Of a stretch of 64,000 bases of DNA, positions 27,918-38,129 are shown piece by piece. The number at the start of each line of letters is the position of its first letter. Positions within the stretch are counted from its first letter, which is position 1. Made by a program: the position numbers and the translations under genes. Where the stretch lies: positions 124,001 to 188,000 of the forward strand of contig NZ_SMNA01000003.1 in assembly GCF_004353825.1 (NCBI RefSeq), in the 5' to 3' direction. The notes beneath the pieces are model-generated. The model was not told where the DNA came from. It searched no databases and saw nothing but the letters and a program-made list of their open reading frames with translations. Origin of the DNA: Occultella glacieicola. Its GTDB lineage: Bacteria; Actinomycetota; Actinomycetes; Actinomycetales; Beutenbergiaceae.

Positions 27918-30680
27918 GTGACCGGCCGGATCCGCCTGCTCGGGCAGGTCGAGGTCGACGCGTCCGGACGGGCCGTGGACCTCGGCCCGGCCCGGCAGCG
28001 CGCGGTGCTCGCGATCCTGCTCCTGGACGCGCCCCGGCCGGTCGGGACGGACGATCTTGTCGAGCGGCTCTGGGGCATGGACCCACCTCCGGGCGCCCGC
28101 CAGAGCCTGCGCGCCTACGTGTGCCGGCTCCGCCAGATCCTCGGTGCTGCCCCGGTCGTGCAGATCGAGCGTCGCGGCGGTGGGTACGGCGCACAGGTCC
28201 GTGCCGATGAGTTCGACCTGGCGCTGTTCCGCCGACTGGTGCGGGAGGCGGCGGCCACCGAGGACGCGCTCGGCGCGCTCGCCACGTACCGGCGGGCGCT
28301 GGACCTGTGGCCCGCTGCCGCGCTCGGCGGGGTCGACTCGCTCTGGCTGGCTGCCCGGCGCGACGCCCTGCGCCTCGAGCGTCACGGCGTGGAACTGGAC
28401 CACAACGACATCGCGCTGGCCGTCGGGGCGGGCTCCGAACTGGTGGCGCCCCTGACCGCGCTCGCCGCCGCCGACCCCTACGACGAGCGGGTGCTCGGCC
28501 AGCTCATGCTCGCCCTGCACGGCTGCGGCCGCAGCACCGAGGCCCTCGGCCGGTTCCATGCCGTGGGTCGCCTGCTGCGGGATGAGCTCGGCACCGAGCC
28601 CGGCCCGCCGCTGCGCTCGGTGCACGAACGGATCCTGCGCGGCGAGGCCGCCCCGACCACCCCGCGACCGGCCACCGGCACGCCCGACCGGAGGGACGCC
28701 GTCGTGCCCCATCAGCTGCCGCCGGCGACCGGGGGCTTCGTCGGGCGGGCCGCCGAGACGGCGGCGCTGGATGCGGCACTGCTCGTGCCAGACGGCGGAT
28801 CGTCGCGTTTCGTGGTCCTGTCCGGTCCGGGTGGGGTGGGTAAGACCGCGCTCGCTGTGCACTGGGCGAGGGCGCATGCGGGCACCTTCGAGGACGGCGA
28901 GCTGTTCGTGGATCTGCGTGGCTTCGATCCGGAGCGGGAGCCGCTCTCGACCGAGTCGGCGCTGCGCGGTCTGGTGCTCGCGCTCGGCGCCGACCCCGCC
29001 GCTGTGCCGTCCGACCTCGGGGCCATCACCGGGCTGTTCCGCAGCCTGGCCGGGTCGCGTCGGTTGCTGGTGATCGCCGACGACGCCCGCTGCTCCGAAC
29101 AGGTCCGAGCGCTCCTGCCGCCCGGGCCGGGCAGCGTGCTGATCGCGACGAGCCGGTCCCGGCTCGCCGGTCTGGTCGGCGCCGACGGGGCGCGGCCGGT
29201 CCCGGTCACAGTGATGGGTTCCGCGGAGTCCCGGGCGCTGCTGAGCAAGCGCCTCGGCGCCGGTCGGGTCGCGGCAGATCCGGTGTCGGTCGATGCCCTC
29301 GTGCGCCACTGCGCCGGGTTGCCGCTTGCGCTCGCGATCGTCGCGGCCCAGGCGACGATGCAGCCCGACCTGCCGCTGCGCGATCTTGCCGCCGAGCTGG
29401 GCGAGGACGACGAGCGACTCGACGGGCTCTGCACCGGCGAGTCAGGGGCCGACCTCCGGGCCGCCCTCGAGGCGTCGGTGGGCGCCCTGGCTCCGGCCGC
29501 GGCCCGGGCGTTCGCACTCCTCGGGCTCGCCACCGGTCGGAGCATCACGTCCGCCGAGATCGAGGCGCTCACCGGATCGGGCAGAGTCGCCGCGCGGGCG
29601 CTGACCCGCGACCTGCTCGCCCACCATCTCCTCGAGCGCGACGTGCCCGGCCGGTTCCGGATGCACGACCTGGTCCGGCTGCACGCCGTCGGGCTCGGTC
29701 GGTCCCACCCCGAAGCGGGCACCGCCCGACGTGCCCTCCTCGAGCACTACCGCGCCGCCGGGCCGACCGGGGCCGCCGACGCCGGCGCCGTGCTTGCGGC
29801 GGTCGACCTCGCGGTCGCGGCCGGGGCCGACGAGCTCGTCTGCGCCCTCACCGGCAACCTCGATCGGCACCTGCGAAAGAACGGCTGCTGGCGTGAACTG
29901 GTGCGGGTGCACGGCCACGCCCGGGACGCTGCCACGCACCTCGGGGACGACGCCGCCCTGACCAGGGCCCAGATCGGGCTCGGCATCGGATTGATCGGGC
30001 AACGGAACTTCACCGACGCCGCTCCCGTCCTCGGCGCGGCCCTCGACCTGGCCGCCCGGGTCGGCGACGTCGACCTCCTCGCCGCCGCTCACCGGGCCAA
30101 CGCCCGCTGGGCGGCGCAACAGGGCCGGCACGATGTGGCGCTGCACCACGACGAGCGGGTCCTCGACCTCGCCCTGCGGACCGGGGACCGGCTCGGTGAG
30201 GCGACCGCCCGCAACGCGATCGGCTGGCACCAGGCGCACCTGGGCCGCCCGGCTCAGGGGCTCTTCAGTTGCCGGGCGGCGTTGGCGATCCTCGAGGAGG
30301 ATGACCTCGATCCGACCCAGCTGGCCGCCACCCTGGACAGCATCGGCTACGCACTCGACCTGCTCGGGCGCCACCCGGAGGCCCAGGAGCACTACCGGCG
30401 CTCGGCCGCGGTAGCCGAACAGCAGCAGAACGTGGTGCTGCGCGCCGAGAGCCTGCGTCGCCTGGCCACCAGCTACGCCCGCATCGGCTCCTCCGACCTG
30501 GCGGAGCGGGCCGAGCGGGACGCAGCGGCGGTGCTGCGGCGAGCCGGGCTCGTGGACGACGATCCGGGCATCGCGCATGTCGACCACGTCGACGCGGCGA
30601 CGAGTCGGGCCACCGGCGGCCGGATGAGCCGCCCGCGTGGCCACCCACCGGTACCGGTCCAGGTCAGGTCCGGCTGGTAG
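27918..30680 (+). CDS. AfsR/SARP family regulator: wHTH-BTAD, NB-ARC ATPase, TPRs
   Basis: RLLG.VEV, ALDLW, PYDER, GPGGVGKT, LLVIADD, GLPLAL, MHDLVR, C-terminal TPR-like helices. Confidence 0.92.
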   Translation: MTGRIRLLGQVEVDASGRAVDLGPARQRAVLAILLLDAPRPVGTDDLVERLWGMDPPPGARQSLRAYVCRLRQILGAAPVVQIERRGGGYGAQVRADEFDLALFRRLVREAAATEDALGALATYRRALDLWPAAALGGVDSLWLAARRDALRLERHGVELDHNDIALAVGAGSELVAPLTALAAADPYDERVLGQLMLALHGCGRSTEALGRFHAVGRLLRDELGTEPGPPLRSVHERILRGEAAPTTPRPATGTPDRRDAVVPHQLPPATGGFVGRAAETAALDAALLVPDGGSSRFVVLSGPGGVGKTALAVHWARAHAGTFEDGELFVDLRGFDPEREPLSTESALRGLVLALGADPAAVPSDLGAITGLFRSLAGSRRLLVIADDARCSEQVRALLPPGPGSVLIATSRSRLAGLVGADGARPVPVTVMGSAESRALLSKRLGAGRVAADPVSVDALVRHCAGLPLALAIVAAQATMQPDLPLRDLAAELGEDDERLDGLCTGESGADLRAALEASVGALAPAAARAFALLGLATGRSITSAEIEALTGSGRVAARALTRDLLAHHLLERDVPGRFRMHDLVRLHAVGLGRSHPEAGTARRALLEHYRAAGPTGAADAGAVLAAVDLAVAAGADELVCALTGNLDRHLRKNGCWRELVRVHGHARDAATHLGDDAALTRAQIGLGIGLIGQRNFTDAAPVLGAALDLAARVGDVDLLAAAHRANARWAAQQGRHDVALHHDERVLDLALRTGDRLGEATARNAIGWHQAHLGRPAQGLFSCRAALAILEEDDLDPTQLAATLDSIGYALDLLGRHPEAQEHYRRSAAVAEQQQNVVLRAESLRRLATSYARIGSSDLAERAERDAAAVLRRAGLVDDDPGIAHVDHVDAATSRATGGRMSRPRGHPPVPVQVRSGW

Positions 30681-30688
30681 CCGGGGCA

Positions 30689-30708
30689 GGCGCTTCCGCG
30701 GAAGCGCC
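30689..30708. terminator. 20-bp perfect palindrome between convergent genes
   Basis: GGCGCTTCCGCGGAAGCGCC. Confidence 0.55.
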
Positions 30709-30720
30709 CCCGGCACCCGG

Positions 30721-31521
30721 TCAGGGCACCAGGTTCGTGTCGGCGGTCTCGACCCGGAGCGGGTCCGACACGGTGACGGTGGTGGCGACGCCGTTCACTG
30801 GCAACCACGGACCGATGCCGTTGATCCGGAACTCCCCCACCCAGCTCGTGGTGAGCGTGATCTCCACGGTCTCGGCCGTCGAGTACACGTGCGTCAGCGT
30901 GTGGTCCGGGTAGCCGGCACCGGCATCGGTGGTGACCAGCGGCTGCGACCCGTCACCGAAGTCCCAGGTGAACTCCACCGGTGTCGCCCGCACCTCAACC
31001 GGCAGGTCCAGCACCGTCGTCGAGAACTCCTGGGCAGCACCGTCGGTGAAGACGATCGTGTCCACGTTGACGAGCGTCCACTCCCCCTGCGGCTGCAGGT
31101 TGATCTCCGACCCGACCAACAGCAACCGCTGGAAGTCGGTGACCGTGACTGTGACCGCCTCCGCAGGGGGCTCCACGGCCTCCTCATCCTGACCGTCATT
31201 CTTGATCTTCATCCCGACCCCGCCACCCTCGAGCAGCATCGGACAACCCAACGGGATTTCAGAGAACCCCGCGCCAGGACCCGGACAATCCGGATACAAC
31301 GCGAAGATCTCCTCGATCGTCAGGGCGCGACCAGCTGGACCACCTTCGTAGTCGGCGCCACTGCCTGAAGTAGTCTCCTCGGAGCCCCAAACGGCAACCT
31401 GCGATCCATCGGACTCAGCGTCGAAATCGCCGAAGTCTGCGTGTGCGTGAGGGCCGCTACACACGACGAGTGCCACACCGACGCAACCGGCGGCGAGGGC
31501 GAAAGAAGACGCCTCTTTCAC
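30721..31521 (-). CDS. Secreted protein with C-terminal PKD-like domain
   Basis: AHA signal cleavage motif; FTWDFGDGS, LTHVY; GTG overlaps the upstream stop (GTGA). Confidence 0.8.
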   Translation of the reverse strand: MKEASSFALAAGCVGVALVVCSGPHAHADFGDFDAESDGSQVAVWGSEETTSGSGADYEGGPAGRALTIEEIFALYPDCPGPGAGFSEIPLGCPMLLEGGGVGMKIKNDGQDEEAVEPPAEAVTVTVTDFQRLLLVGSEINLQPQGEWTLVNVDTIVFTDGAAQEFSTTVLDLPVEVRATPVEFTWDFGDGSQPLVTTDAGAGYPDHTLTHVYSTAETVEITLTTSWVGEFRINGIGPWLPVNGVATTVTVSDPLRVETADTNLVP

Positions 31522-32114
31522 CTCGTCACCAAGTCGATCGCCATGACGAACCATCTGGCCTCTCTCCACTGCAGAATCTGCACGACATCGGCGGTGCTGG
31601 CGTCAACCGACCGACTTGTTCCGTCGGCGTATCGATAGGTCAATTCACTCTCGGTGACTACCTGTTCGACACGATACGTTTCTTCGGAGCCTTCGACTGG
31701 TAGAACCTGCGAGTCTTCGAAGGTCAGTTCACCGCCATCAACAAATCCCATTTCGGAATGGAGGTCATCGATATCGTCGGCAACCCACGCGCAACCCTCG
31801 CACTCTGCGTCCGCAATTTCCTCCCACGTTGAGACATCGCCAGTAGCGTAACCGTACGAATATAGACGCAAGAAGTACTCAGCGACTTCACTCGCATTGT
31901 CCGCTCCGCCCTCGTCCATCGCGGCGGGCCGCTCAGGCGAGGGGAACTCCGTCGGCTCCCCGGTACTCGGATCCTCCGTGGGTGACTCCGTCGCCGACGT
32001 CGACGGCTCGACGGGAGCCTCGCCGTCGCACGCGGCGACCGCCAAGACCAGAGCGAGCGCCGCCGTCGGGACGCCAAGAATGCGTCCCCTGCCGCTCGGC
32101 GACCCCCATGTCAT
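31518..32114 (-). CDS. DUF6318 family lipoprotein
   Basis: VAAC lipobox; PERPAAM..A..VAEYF.LYSYGYATGD..W...CEGC. Confidence 0.8.
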   Translation of the reverse strand: MTWGSPSGRGRILGVPTAALALVLAVAACDGEAPVEPSTSATESPTEDPSTGEPTEFPSPERPAAMDEGGADNASEVAEYFLRLYSYGYATGDVSTWEEIADAECEGCAWVADDIDDLHSEMGFVDGGELTFEDSQVLPVEGSEETYRVEQVVTESELTYRYADGTSRSVDASTADVVQILQWREARWFVMAIDLVTR

Positions 32115-32120
32115 GGACCG

Positions 32121-32170
32121 AACGTAGTAAGTCCACCCCGGATTAGGAAGGGCCTGTGGACAACCCGGTG
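32121..32170 (-). promoter_or_regulatory. Promoter with 19-bp element CACCGGGTTGTCCACAGGC and TACGTT -10
   Basis: Second copy of the 27286-27304 element; -10 six nt before ATG. Confidence 0.7.
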
Positions 32171-32196
32171 CGCGCTTCCGGCGGAAGCGCGCACCG
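32166..32196. terminator. Inverted repeat with 15-bp arms downstream of ilvE
   Basis: CGGTGCGCGCTTCCG-G-CGGAAGCGCGCACCG. Confidence 0.6.
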
Positions 32197-32244
32197 ATCG
32201 GGCCGCGCCGACAACCGCTCGGCAGCGCCCGCGGACCCGGCGGT

Positions 32245-33348
32245 TCAGACGAGCCGGGTCATCCAGCCGTAGGTGTCCTCGTGTCGCCCGTACTGCAGAT
32301 CGGTGAGCAGGCCGTACAGCTCGTTCGTGACCTTCCCGGCCGTGCCGTCGCCGACGGTGAGGTCGAACCCGGTCCCCTTCAGCGTCCCGATCGGGGTGAT
32401 CACGGCGGCGGTGCCGCAGGCGAACACCTCGGCGATCTCGCCGGAGGCCACCCCCGCCTTGACCTCCTCGAGCGTGATCGCCCGCTCGTGCACCTCGTGC
32501 CCGGCGTCGGTGACCAGCTGCAGGATCGACTTGCGGGTGACGCCCTCGAGGATCGTGCCGGTCAGCGCCGGGGTGTGCACGGCGCCGTCGGCGGTGACGA
32601 CGAACATGTTCATCCCACCGAGTTCCTCGAGGTAGGTGTTCGTGGCCGCGTCCAGGAAGCAGACCTGCTGGCAGCCCTGCTCGTACGCCTGCTGCTGCGG
32701 GAGCAGGCTCGCGGCGTAGTTCCCGCCGCACTTCGCCTCACCGGTGCCCCCCGCGCCGGAACGGTGGTACTCCTCGGCCACCCAGATCGAGACCGGGGTG
32801 AACCCTGACGTGAAGTACGGCCCTGACGGCGACGCGATCACCAGGTACTCGACCCGGCGCGCCGCGCGCACCCCGAGGAACGCCTCCGAGGCGAACATGT
32901 ACGGCCGCAGGTACAGCGAGGAGCCGGGCGCGTCGGGCACCCACTCCATGTCCGTGCGGACCAGTTGCGTGATCGAGTCGAGGAAGTCCGCCTCGCTCAG
33001 CTCCGGCAGGGCCAGGCGCCGCGCGCTCTTCGCGAACCGGGCCGCGTTCGCCTCGGGCCGGAACGCCCAGACGGTCCCGTCGGCATGCCGGTACGCCTTG
33101 AGCCCCTCGAAGATCTCCTGCGCGTAGTGCAGGACCGCCGCCGCGGGGTCCAGGCTGAGCGGACCGTACGCCTCGATGCGGCGGTCGTGCCAGCCCTGCT
33201 CGAGGGTCCACGTCGCGTGGGCCATGTGATCGGAGAAGACGGTGCCGAACCCCAGCTCAGCCAGCGCGGCGGCGCGCTGTTCGCGGGTCCTGGGGTGCGA
33301 CGTGGGTCGCACCTCGAACGTCGTCTCCTGTTGCGTGTCGTTGCTCAT
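32245..33348 (-). CDS. ilvE: Branched-chain amino acid aminotransferase
   Basis: LHYAQEIFEGLKAY, SLYLRP, AKCGGNY, ILEGVTR, CGTAAVITP. Confidence 0.96.
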   Translation of the reverse strand: MSNDTQQETTFEVRPTSHPRTREQRAAALAELGFGTVFSDHMAHATWTLEQGWHDRRIEAYGPLSLDPAAAVLHYAQEIFEGLKAYRHADGTVWAFRPEANAARFAKSARRLALPELSEADFLDSITQLVRTDMEWVPDAPGSSLYLRPYMFASEAFLGVRAARRVEYLVIASPSGPYFTSGFTPVSIWVAEEYHRSGAGGTGEAKCGGNYAASLLPQQQAYEQGCQQVCFLDAATNTYLEELGGMNMFVVTADGAVHTPALTGTILEGVTRKSILQLVTDAGHEVHERAITLEEVKAGVASGEIAEVFACGTAAVITPIGTLKGTGFDLTVGDGTAGKVTNELYGLLTDLQYGRHEDTYGWMTRLV

Positions 33349-33418
33349 CGTGCCTCTCCACCATTGGGCCTGCGAGTATGACGGTAGCCCCCCTGGCCCG
33401 ATTCCGGGGTCAGGAGGG

Positions 33419-33462
33419 TGAGCGAGGCGCGCGCCGCGCGGCGGCGAGAGGCGCCTCGCTCA
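33419..33462. terminator. Hairpin overlapping the leuB stop codon
   Basis: TGAGCGAGGCGC pairs with GCGCCTCGCTCA. Confidence 0.55.
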
Positions 33463-34503
33463 GCCGGCTACTCGAGCGGCGAGGGCGTCGCCGATCTCCA
33501 CGGTGGATCGCGCCGAACCGTCACGCGAGACGATGTCGGAGGTGACGGCGTTCGAGATCCGCTGGGCCTGCTCGGGCAGGCCGAGGTGCTCCAGCAGCAG
33601 GGCGACGGACAGCACGGTCGCCGTCGGGTCGGCCAGGGACTTGCCTGCGATATCCGGCGCGGAGCCGTGCACCGGCTCGAACATGGACGGGAACGCGCCG
33701 TCGGGGTTGACGTTGCCGGAGGCTGCGAGCCCGATCCCGCCGGTGATCGCGGCGGCGAGGTCGGTGATGATGTCGCCGAACAGGTTGTCGGTCACGATCA
33801 CGTCGAACCGGGCCGGGTCGGTCACCATGTAGATGGTCGCGGCGTCCACGTGGGCGTAGTCGACGGTGATCTCCGGGAACTCCTCGGCGACCGCGTCCAC
33901 GGTGCGACGCCACAGGTGCCCGGCGTTGACGAGCACGTTGTGCTTGTGCACGAGGGTGAGCTTCTTGCGCGGCCGGGCCTGGGCGCGCGCGAACGCGTCC
34001 CGCACCACCCGCTCGACGCCGAACGCGGTGTTCACGCTGACCTCGGTCGCGATCTCGTGCGGCGTGCCCACCCGCAGCGCCCCGCCGTTGCCGGTGTACG
34101 GCCCCTCGGTGCCCTCGCGCACCACGACGAAGTCCACGTCTCCGGGGTTCGCCAGCGGCGTCGGCACGCCCGGGTACAGGACCGAGGGACGAAGGTTCAC
34201 GTAGTGGTCGAGTGCGAACCGCAGCTTCAGCAGCAGCCCACGCTCGAGCACGCCGCTGGGCACGGTCGGGTCCCCGACGGCACCGAGCAGGATCGCGTCG
34301 TGCGTGCTGATCGCGGCCAGGTCCTCGTCGGTGAGGGTCTCCCCGGTGTCGTGCCAGCGCTTCGCGCCGAGCTCGAACTCCGTGCGCTCCACGCTGACGT
34401 CGCTGCCGGCCAGGACCGCATCGAGGACCTTGATCCCCTCGGCGACCACCTCTGGTCCGATTCCGTCACCGGCAATGACTGCGAGTCTGATGGTGCGTGC
34501 CAT
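33460..34503 (-). CDS. leuB: 3-isopropylmalate dehydrogenase
   Basis: [42 protein letters not shown]. Confidence 0.95.
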   Translation of the reverse strand: MARTIRLAVIAGDGIGPEVVAEGIKVLDAVLAGSDVSVERTEFELGAKRWHDTGETLTDEDLAAISTHDAILLGAVGDPTVPSGVLERGLLLKLRFALDHYVNLRPSVLYPGVPTPLANPGDVDFVVVREGTEGPYTGNGGALRVGTPHEIATEVSVNTAFGVERVVRDAFARAQARPRKKLTLVHKHNVLVNAGHLWRRTVDAVAEEFPEITVDYAHVDAATIYMVTDPARFDVIVTDNLFGDIITDLAAAITGGIGLAASGNVNPDGAFPSMFEPVHGSAPDIAGKSLADPTATVLSVALLLEHLGLPEQAQRISNAVTSDIVSRDGSARSTVEIGDALAARVAG

Positions 34504-34630
34504 GGTTCGGAGCGTACCCAGAGTCCCATCGTATGGACAGGTCGTCTCGTATTCTGAGCCAGGTTGTTCGGTCGATGCCCGACGGCGGGGGGTACGTCGC
34601 GTACGCGAGCGCCCGACGGCGGGGGTCGCC

Positions 34631-35092
34631 TCAGGCCGGCGCCGGGCGCCTCTTGGGCGACTTGGGGTAGATCGCCTCGAAGTGCTCGACGAGCACCGGA
34701 GTACCGGGCGCGAGGTCGTCGTCGCCGGACGGGCCACCGCCGGCGGGCGTCCGCACGCTGTCGCCGGCCGCCTGCCGATGCACCGCGGTGGTGCGGATCA
34801 GTACGCGAGGTTCGCCTCCGCCGTCGAGCACGATCGACAGGTCCCCGACGTCCGGGACGGGCTCCTCACCGAACTCGGCCACCGATGCCACGATCGACGT
34901 GCGGGTACCGGCGAGGACCTCCGCCACGAACTCGTCCGCGGCGGCGCGGTCGTCGGAGAAGGACCACGCGGGAGGCGGGATGGTGTCCTTCGGAGCCTGC
35001 CCGACGAACAGTTCGAGCCGGGTGACCTTGCCCCTGATCCGGGCGACCCGCCAGAACTGCTCGATCGCGTCGTCACGCCCCTCGGTGTCCAT
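34631..35092 (-). CDS. ASCH-domain-like protein, degenerate
   Basis: PPAWSF...ADE....[31 protein letters not shown]. Confidence 0.7.
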   Translation of the reverse strand: MDTEGRDDAIEQFWRVARIRGKVTRLELFVGQAPKDTIPPPAWSFSDDRAAADEFVAEVLAGTRTSIVASVAEFGEEPVPDVGDLSIVLDGGGEPRVLIRTTAVHRQAAGDSVRTPAGGGPSGDDDLAPGTPVLVEHFEAIYPKSPKRRPAPA

Positions 35093-35219
35093 CCGGCCAG
35101 TCTGCCGCACCCGCGGACTCCCCCATCACATCGGGGGCGACGGCCACTCCCACCGGGGCGTATCGACACGGCTGTCCGGATAGGGAACGCTTGGAGCACC
35201 ATCGATGAAGGAGTGCACC

Positions 35220-35624
35220 GTGAGCCAGTACCCAGCGACCGGACCCGGATACGGCGACCCGCGCAACAACGAGGGCAGCAACAAGACGCTCGCCATCCTG
35301 GCGCACCTGTCCCCCATCATCGCGATGGTGTTGAGCGCCGGGTTGGTCAGCTTTCTGGGACCACTGCTGGTGTGGCTGATCTGGAAGGACCGCGGGCCAC
35401 TCGTCCGCAACGCCGCGGCGAGCTCGTTCAACTTCAACATCACGGTGTGGGTGGTGACGATCGTCGGCTGGATCTGCTTCCTCACGATTGTCCTGATCCC
35501 GGTCGCCATCGTGCTCTGGGCGGTCGTCTGGATCGGTCAGATCGTCCTCTCGATCATCGGAGCCATGCGGGCAAGCAACGGCGAGGTCTACCGGTACCCG
35601 TTCCAGGTTCCGATCCTCAAGTGA
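35220..35624 (+). CDS. DUF4870 membrane protein
   Basis: LAHLS, GPLLVWLIWKD, NFNIT, GEVYRYP; AAGGAG RBS. Confidence 0.88.
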   Translation: MSQYPATGPGYGDPRNNEGSNKTLAILAHLSPIIAMVLSAGLVSFLGPLLVWLIWKDRGPLVRNAAASSFNFNITVWVVTIVGWICFLTIVLIPVAIVLWAVVWIGQIVLSIIGAMRASNGEVYRYPFQVPILK

Positions 35625-35643
35625 GCCGACGGGCGAACCCGGC

Positions 35644-36237
35644 TCAGAGCGTGCCGGCCGCCCGCAGCGGGAGCAGGATCAGGAACGCGACCCAGGCCCC
35701 GACGCTGAACCACAGATTGATGGTCAGCAGGCCGACGGTCTCGCCGATCGCCGGCGGCACGAACCACCGCGCCCGGTCGAAGGACTCGATGTGGGAGTTC
35801 ACGTGATCGGGGATCGTGACCACGCGCCACAGTGCCCGCAGCCGACGCATCAGCCGTAGCCCACCCCGCTCGGCGAGGGCGGAGATCCTGGCCAGGATCT
35901 CCGCGGAGACCTCCATCACATCGAACAGCCCGACGAACTGGGCGGCGAGGGAGGCCTTGTCCTCGGCGGCGCGCCAGTACTGCCGGACGCGGTGCAGGAA
36001 GACGGCCGTGAACACCGCACCCGCCACCGCGAGCGCGAGCAGGATCGGGCGTGTCCAGCCCTGCGCACCGGCGGCGATCGCGGCGACCCCGATCAGCGGC
36101 ACCACCGGCACCAGGCCGTAGAGCACCGCCGGGATCCGCAGGATCCGGACCGCCAGGGTCAATGGACCGGACACCTCCAGGGCCGCCTGGTGGGCGCCCA
36201 CCCGCTCCGGGTCCCGCTCCGACACCGACTCAGTCAT
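35644..36237 (-). CDS. Hypothetical membrane protein
   Basis: Three hydrophobic segments; TACGAT -10 seven nt before ATG. Confidence 0.65.
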   Translation of the reverse strand: MTESVSERDPERVGAHQAALEVSGPLTLAVRILRIPAVLYGLVPVVPLIGVAAIAAGAQGWTRPILLALAVAGAVFTAVFLHRVRQYWRAAEDKASLAAQFVGLFDVMEVSAEILARISALAERGGLRLMRRLRALWRVVTIPDHVNSHIESFDRARWFVPPAIGETVGLLTINLWFSVGAWVAFLILLPLRAAGTL

Positions 36238-36323
36238 GCGCCAGATCGTAACCGGGCCCCTAGCGACCCGATCCCGCCCACGCCCGCCAGCCCGCGTCGC
36301 CCCAGCCCGCCCCAGGGACGCGT

Positions 36324-36392
36324 GAGACCGCACCTGAGCCCCTGAGATCGCACCGAACTACAGTGCGATCTCGAGGCGGCAGGTGCGGTCTC
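36324..36392. repeat. Nested inverted repeat (REP-like hairpin)
   Basis: GAGACCGCACCTG/CAGGTGCGGTCTC enclosing GAGATCGCAC/GTGCGATCTC. Confidence 0.8.
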
Positions 36393-36414
36393 GACGGTGG
36401 GGCGGAGGGTCGCG

Positions 36415-37594
<1,180 letters not shown>

Positions 37595-38119
37595 TCAGGC
37601 CGAGCGCGCGATCCGTTCCAGGGCCCGGTCGGTCATCGAGCGACCGCCGCGACCGATGGCCACCGCGCCCGACTGGACGATCTCACGGATCCCGTGCGGC
37701 TCGAGCGCGGCGAGCAGCGCCTTGAGCTTCTCCTCGCCGCCGGTCGCCTCGATCGTGACAGCCTCGGGGCTGACGTCGACCACGTGGGCGCGGAACAGCT
37801 CGACCACCTGCAGCACGGCGGTGCGGGAGGCGTCGTCGGCCTTGACCTTGACCAGCAGCAGTTCCCGCTGGACGGAGGTGTTCGGGGCCAGTTCCACGAT
37901 CTTGAGGACGTTCACCAGCTTGTTCAGCTGCTTGGTGACCTGCTCGAGCGGGTTGGACTCGACGTCGACCACCACGGTGATCCGGGAGATGTCCGGGTGT
38001 TCCGTGGGGCCGACGGCGAGGGAGTGGATGTTGAAGGCACGCCTGGCGAACAAGGCCGAGACGCGGGTGAGCACGCCGGGCTTGTTCTCGACCAGGACCG
38101 AGAGCGTGTGTCGGGTCAT
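37595..38119 (-). CDS. ilvN: Acetolactate synthase small subunit
   Basis: HTLSVLVENKPGVL.RV, FNIHSL, KQLNKL. Confidence 0.96.
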   Translation of the reverse strand: MTRHTLSVLVENKPGVLTRVSALFARRAFNIHSLAVGPTEHPDISRITVVVDVESNPLEQVTKQLNKLVNVLKIVELAPNTSVQRELLLVKVKADDASRTAVLQVVELFRAHVVDVSPEAVTIEATGGEEKLKALLAALEPHGIREIVQSGAVAIGRGGRSMTDRALERIARSA

Positions 38120-38129
38120 GAGCTGCGCC

